Shown here one piece after another: positions 61,532 through 64,000 of a stretch of DNA of 64,000 nucleotides. The notes beneath the pieces are model-generated. The model saw only the letters and a program-made list of their open reading frames with translations, ran no database searches and was not told the DNA's origin. The DNA comes from Phaeosaccion multiseriatum. Lineage: Eukaryota; Protista; Ochrophyta, other classes. Every line of letters starts with the position of its first letter. Position 1 is the stretch's first letter. The position numbers and the translations under genes were made by a program. Where the stretch lies: assembly GCA_965112735.1 (NCBI GenBank), contig OZ218951.1, positions 682,001 through 746,000 of the forward strand. Reading direction: 5' to 3'.

Positions 61532-63113
61532 GCACACAAACACGTGCTCAACTCCCCCGTTCTCCCCCTCCTTCTCCTGAACAGGGCTTGCGGCCTGTCA
61601 AATCTTCCTCTGCCAAGCCTCTCTGGCGGCCTTTGAGGGGGACGTTGTGGAGGGAGAAGACATGCAAAACTACATCCTCTCCCTACAGCGCTCGGCCACT
61701 CTGCTAGAGCAGAACCTCCCACTCGACCCTCCTGGCAACCACGCCAGCCTCTTGCAGCACAGCCTCAGTGCCGCTGTGGAGGAGCTCAGCAGGGGGGCTC
61801 CTGGCGGGGGGGAGGTGTACGGGAGGTCACTCACCACCTTTGATCAGGTGGGGAAGGGAAGGAAGGGGGGCCACCGATATCGATATCGATGTCAATGTCG
61901 ATGTTGACGTCGATGTCGGTGTCGATGTGATTGCCTGCCCATCGGTACATGCATGGGCATTGGCGTATGGTTATCGGTTGAGGATGGTTTGGGGTGGGTG
62001 GCGGTGTTGTGGCGGAGCTTGAACATGATTCGAAGGGTGGGGTGGTCTCTCGGGTGTGCGGTAGGTAGCCCAGGCAGCTCTATGGTCTCATCTCAATGAC
62101 TTCCGACTTTGAAAACGCTCAGGTACCCCCGCTGCTGCTGGAGTGCATGGGGTTTCTAGACGGACATGGGCTGTATGTACCCGGGCTGTTTCGAGTCCCG
62201 GGCAACAGCGAAGTCGTGAGCGAGCTCAGGAGGGCATTCGACGCTGGGGTAAGTGGAGACGGAGGGAGGGATCCATGGGAGGGGAGAGTGGGGTCGGAAA
62301 CCCTTGTGTGTTTGTTTAGGGTTGGGGTTGGGGTTGGGATCAAGAATAGAGAATAGAGTGGTGTCTGACTACTCTTGCCCCGCAACCCCGCGCCCGCCTT
62401 CGTTGTTCGCTTTTCTCCCCTCTCTTCACTGCACCTCGACCACTACCACCCCTATCCGAAACTGCGTCTGGCGCACCCCCCGAAACCACCCCAACCCACC
62501 CCCCGAAACCACCTGAAACCACAAACTTCAGGACGACATCGACTTCATCGAAGCCACTCACAGCGTGCACGACGTCGCTGCGCTGCTCAAGATGTTCTTT
62601 CGGGAGCTTCCAGAGCCCATCATCCCCTTTGAGCACTACCACACTCTGCTCGAGGCCTCCAGGAGCCTCTCCCACTCCACCTCCACATCGTCGCCATCTG
62701 CTGCTACTACTGCTACTACTTCTAGTGGTGGTGCTGCTGCTTCTTCTGCTACTGCTCCTGCTGCCACGGATGATGCGGCGGCATTGGAAAAGTTTCAAAG
62801 CATCGCTCGGGCAGCCCTCACCAGCAGCACCTTCCCCAGCATCAACCTGCACTGCCTCCGTCTGCTCTTCGCCTTCCTCTACCGGGTCAATTTGTGCTCC
62901 AGAGACAACCGCATGACTGCAGAGAACCTGGGCATTTGCTTCGCCCCGAATCTGCTCCGGGCCCCCAACTCGTCCGATTTGAGTCAGAGTCAGTTTACGG
63001 ACCTGCAGAACTTGCAGGACTGCATCAACGCGGTGAAGCTCGTCATTGAGTCAGCCCCGCAGATCTTCCCCGACTTGTGGCAAGGCTATCCGTGCAGCCC
63101 CCCCAAGGACTGA
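58472..63113 (+). CDS. BAR-domain + RhoGAP protein
   Basis: N-terminal helical exons with BAR-like KRRKTLLLDYDHHRRK. RhoGAP motifs VPPLLLEC, GLFRVPG (arginine finger), DVAALLKMFFRELPEPII and NRMTAENLGICFAPNLL. Confidence 0.82.
60600..60965. repeat. Complex (TG)-rich intronic satellite with a ~106-bp internal duplication
   Basis: gtatgcgggatatgatatgtgtgtata occurs at ~60692 and ~60798 within degenerate TG/CG repeats. Confidence 0.85.
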
Positions 63114-64000
63114 GCTGAGCTGAGCTGAGCTGAGCTGAGCTTAGCAAAGGACTGATGCCGTCCGCGCAACAAGTACACATGTGTGTGTGTGTACGGTGCC
63201 GATGTGCTCTGCTATGTGCGGCACAGTACAGTACTGTCCAGTACAGCCTGCGCTTCTTACGGAGATTTGGTGTATTTGCACCTGCAGGGGGTGGGGGGGG
63301 GGGGTGGGGCGACGTACAGAGTGAGTGCGGTGCTTTGCCTCACCACACCGGAGAGAGAGAGAGAGGGGCTGTTCCGCGTACGACAGGCTTTTCTACTCTG
63401 GCCTCTTGCTGCTTTGGGAGGGGGGAGTCGAGATGCAGGGCGCTGTAAGTACCCTTCCTCCCTTGGCTCCCTTGGAACTTCGACGCACCGCATCTTTGCA
63501 CGACTTTTGACACTCGCGCTGTGACTGTGCGAGAGTGCAGTAACGACAACCCCCGAGGTGCGCGAGTGGTGTGCGGTGTGCGGTGTCGACGAGGGGGGGG
63601 GGGGTAGACTGACGCACGACTTTACTTGTGCGCGTGGAGCGGATCCGTCTTTTGTCTTTTTCCTTTCGGATGATGGAGCAAGGCAAGCGGACACCTCCAG
63701 CGAAGCGAACGAACGGAGTTTCAGTTTCAGTTTTCAGCTTGACATCATCCTAGTCAGAGGAGCCCAGAGAGGTCAGCATGAGAGCGTGAGCTCAGGTATG
63801 CATCTCCCGCCTCGCTTCGAACCAAGTTCCCACCGCCCCAGGGCCAGGACTGGCATCTACCGCGGTACCGCCCTAGCGGCCTACCACACCGGCTGCTACT
63901 AGTAGTACTACTACTGCTGCTGCTGCTACTCCTCATGCTCTGGCTGAGATGTTGGCCGAGAGGACGGGCAACGCAGCGAACGTACCCTCCCTGGCTGGGC

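Noticed and set aside
1-64000. tRNA or rRNA genes, or an intact transposase/reverse transcriptase
   Set aside because: None recognised by eye; a tRNAscan/Infernal/RepeatMasker run would be needed to exclude them.

Overview
This is a GC-rich, intron-dense, microsatellite-rich eukaryotic nuclear window. It is most likely from a photosynthetic stramenopile (ochrophyte), inferred from several signal peptide + 'AF/GF' (ASAFAP-like) plastid presequences. I reconstructed about 14 apparently intact spliced genes by hand. In order: a Cys-rich repeat protein (5'-truncated), a fusion of two LsrG-like domains with a Fe-type alcohol dehydrogenase, a membrane-anchored serine beta-lactamase-like hydrolase with an inserted ShKT domain, ATG12, a WD40-like protein, a type I surface protein with three copies of an unrecognised domain, cytosolic-type MDH, NDUFS5, a class 3 lipase, a TraB-family protein, a small tandem-domain protein, a START/SRPBCC protein, ALYREF/THOC4 and a BAR-RhoGAP. 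Most genes sit in tight head-to-head pairs. The first 11.4 kb is rearranged: a 173-bp exon+intron unit is amplified in tandem, and a ~1.85-kb direct duplication flanks ~5.3 kb of decayed gene fragments. A MITE-like element and a Zn-finger ORF remnant lie at 51.7-53.0 kb. The best candidate for an undescribed system is the LsrG-LsrG-FeADH fusion enzyme. All family assignments come from recognising motifs, not from database searches, and exon boundaries are manual.
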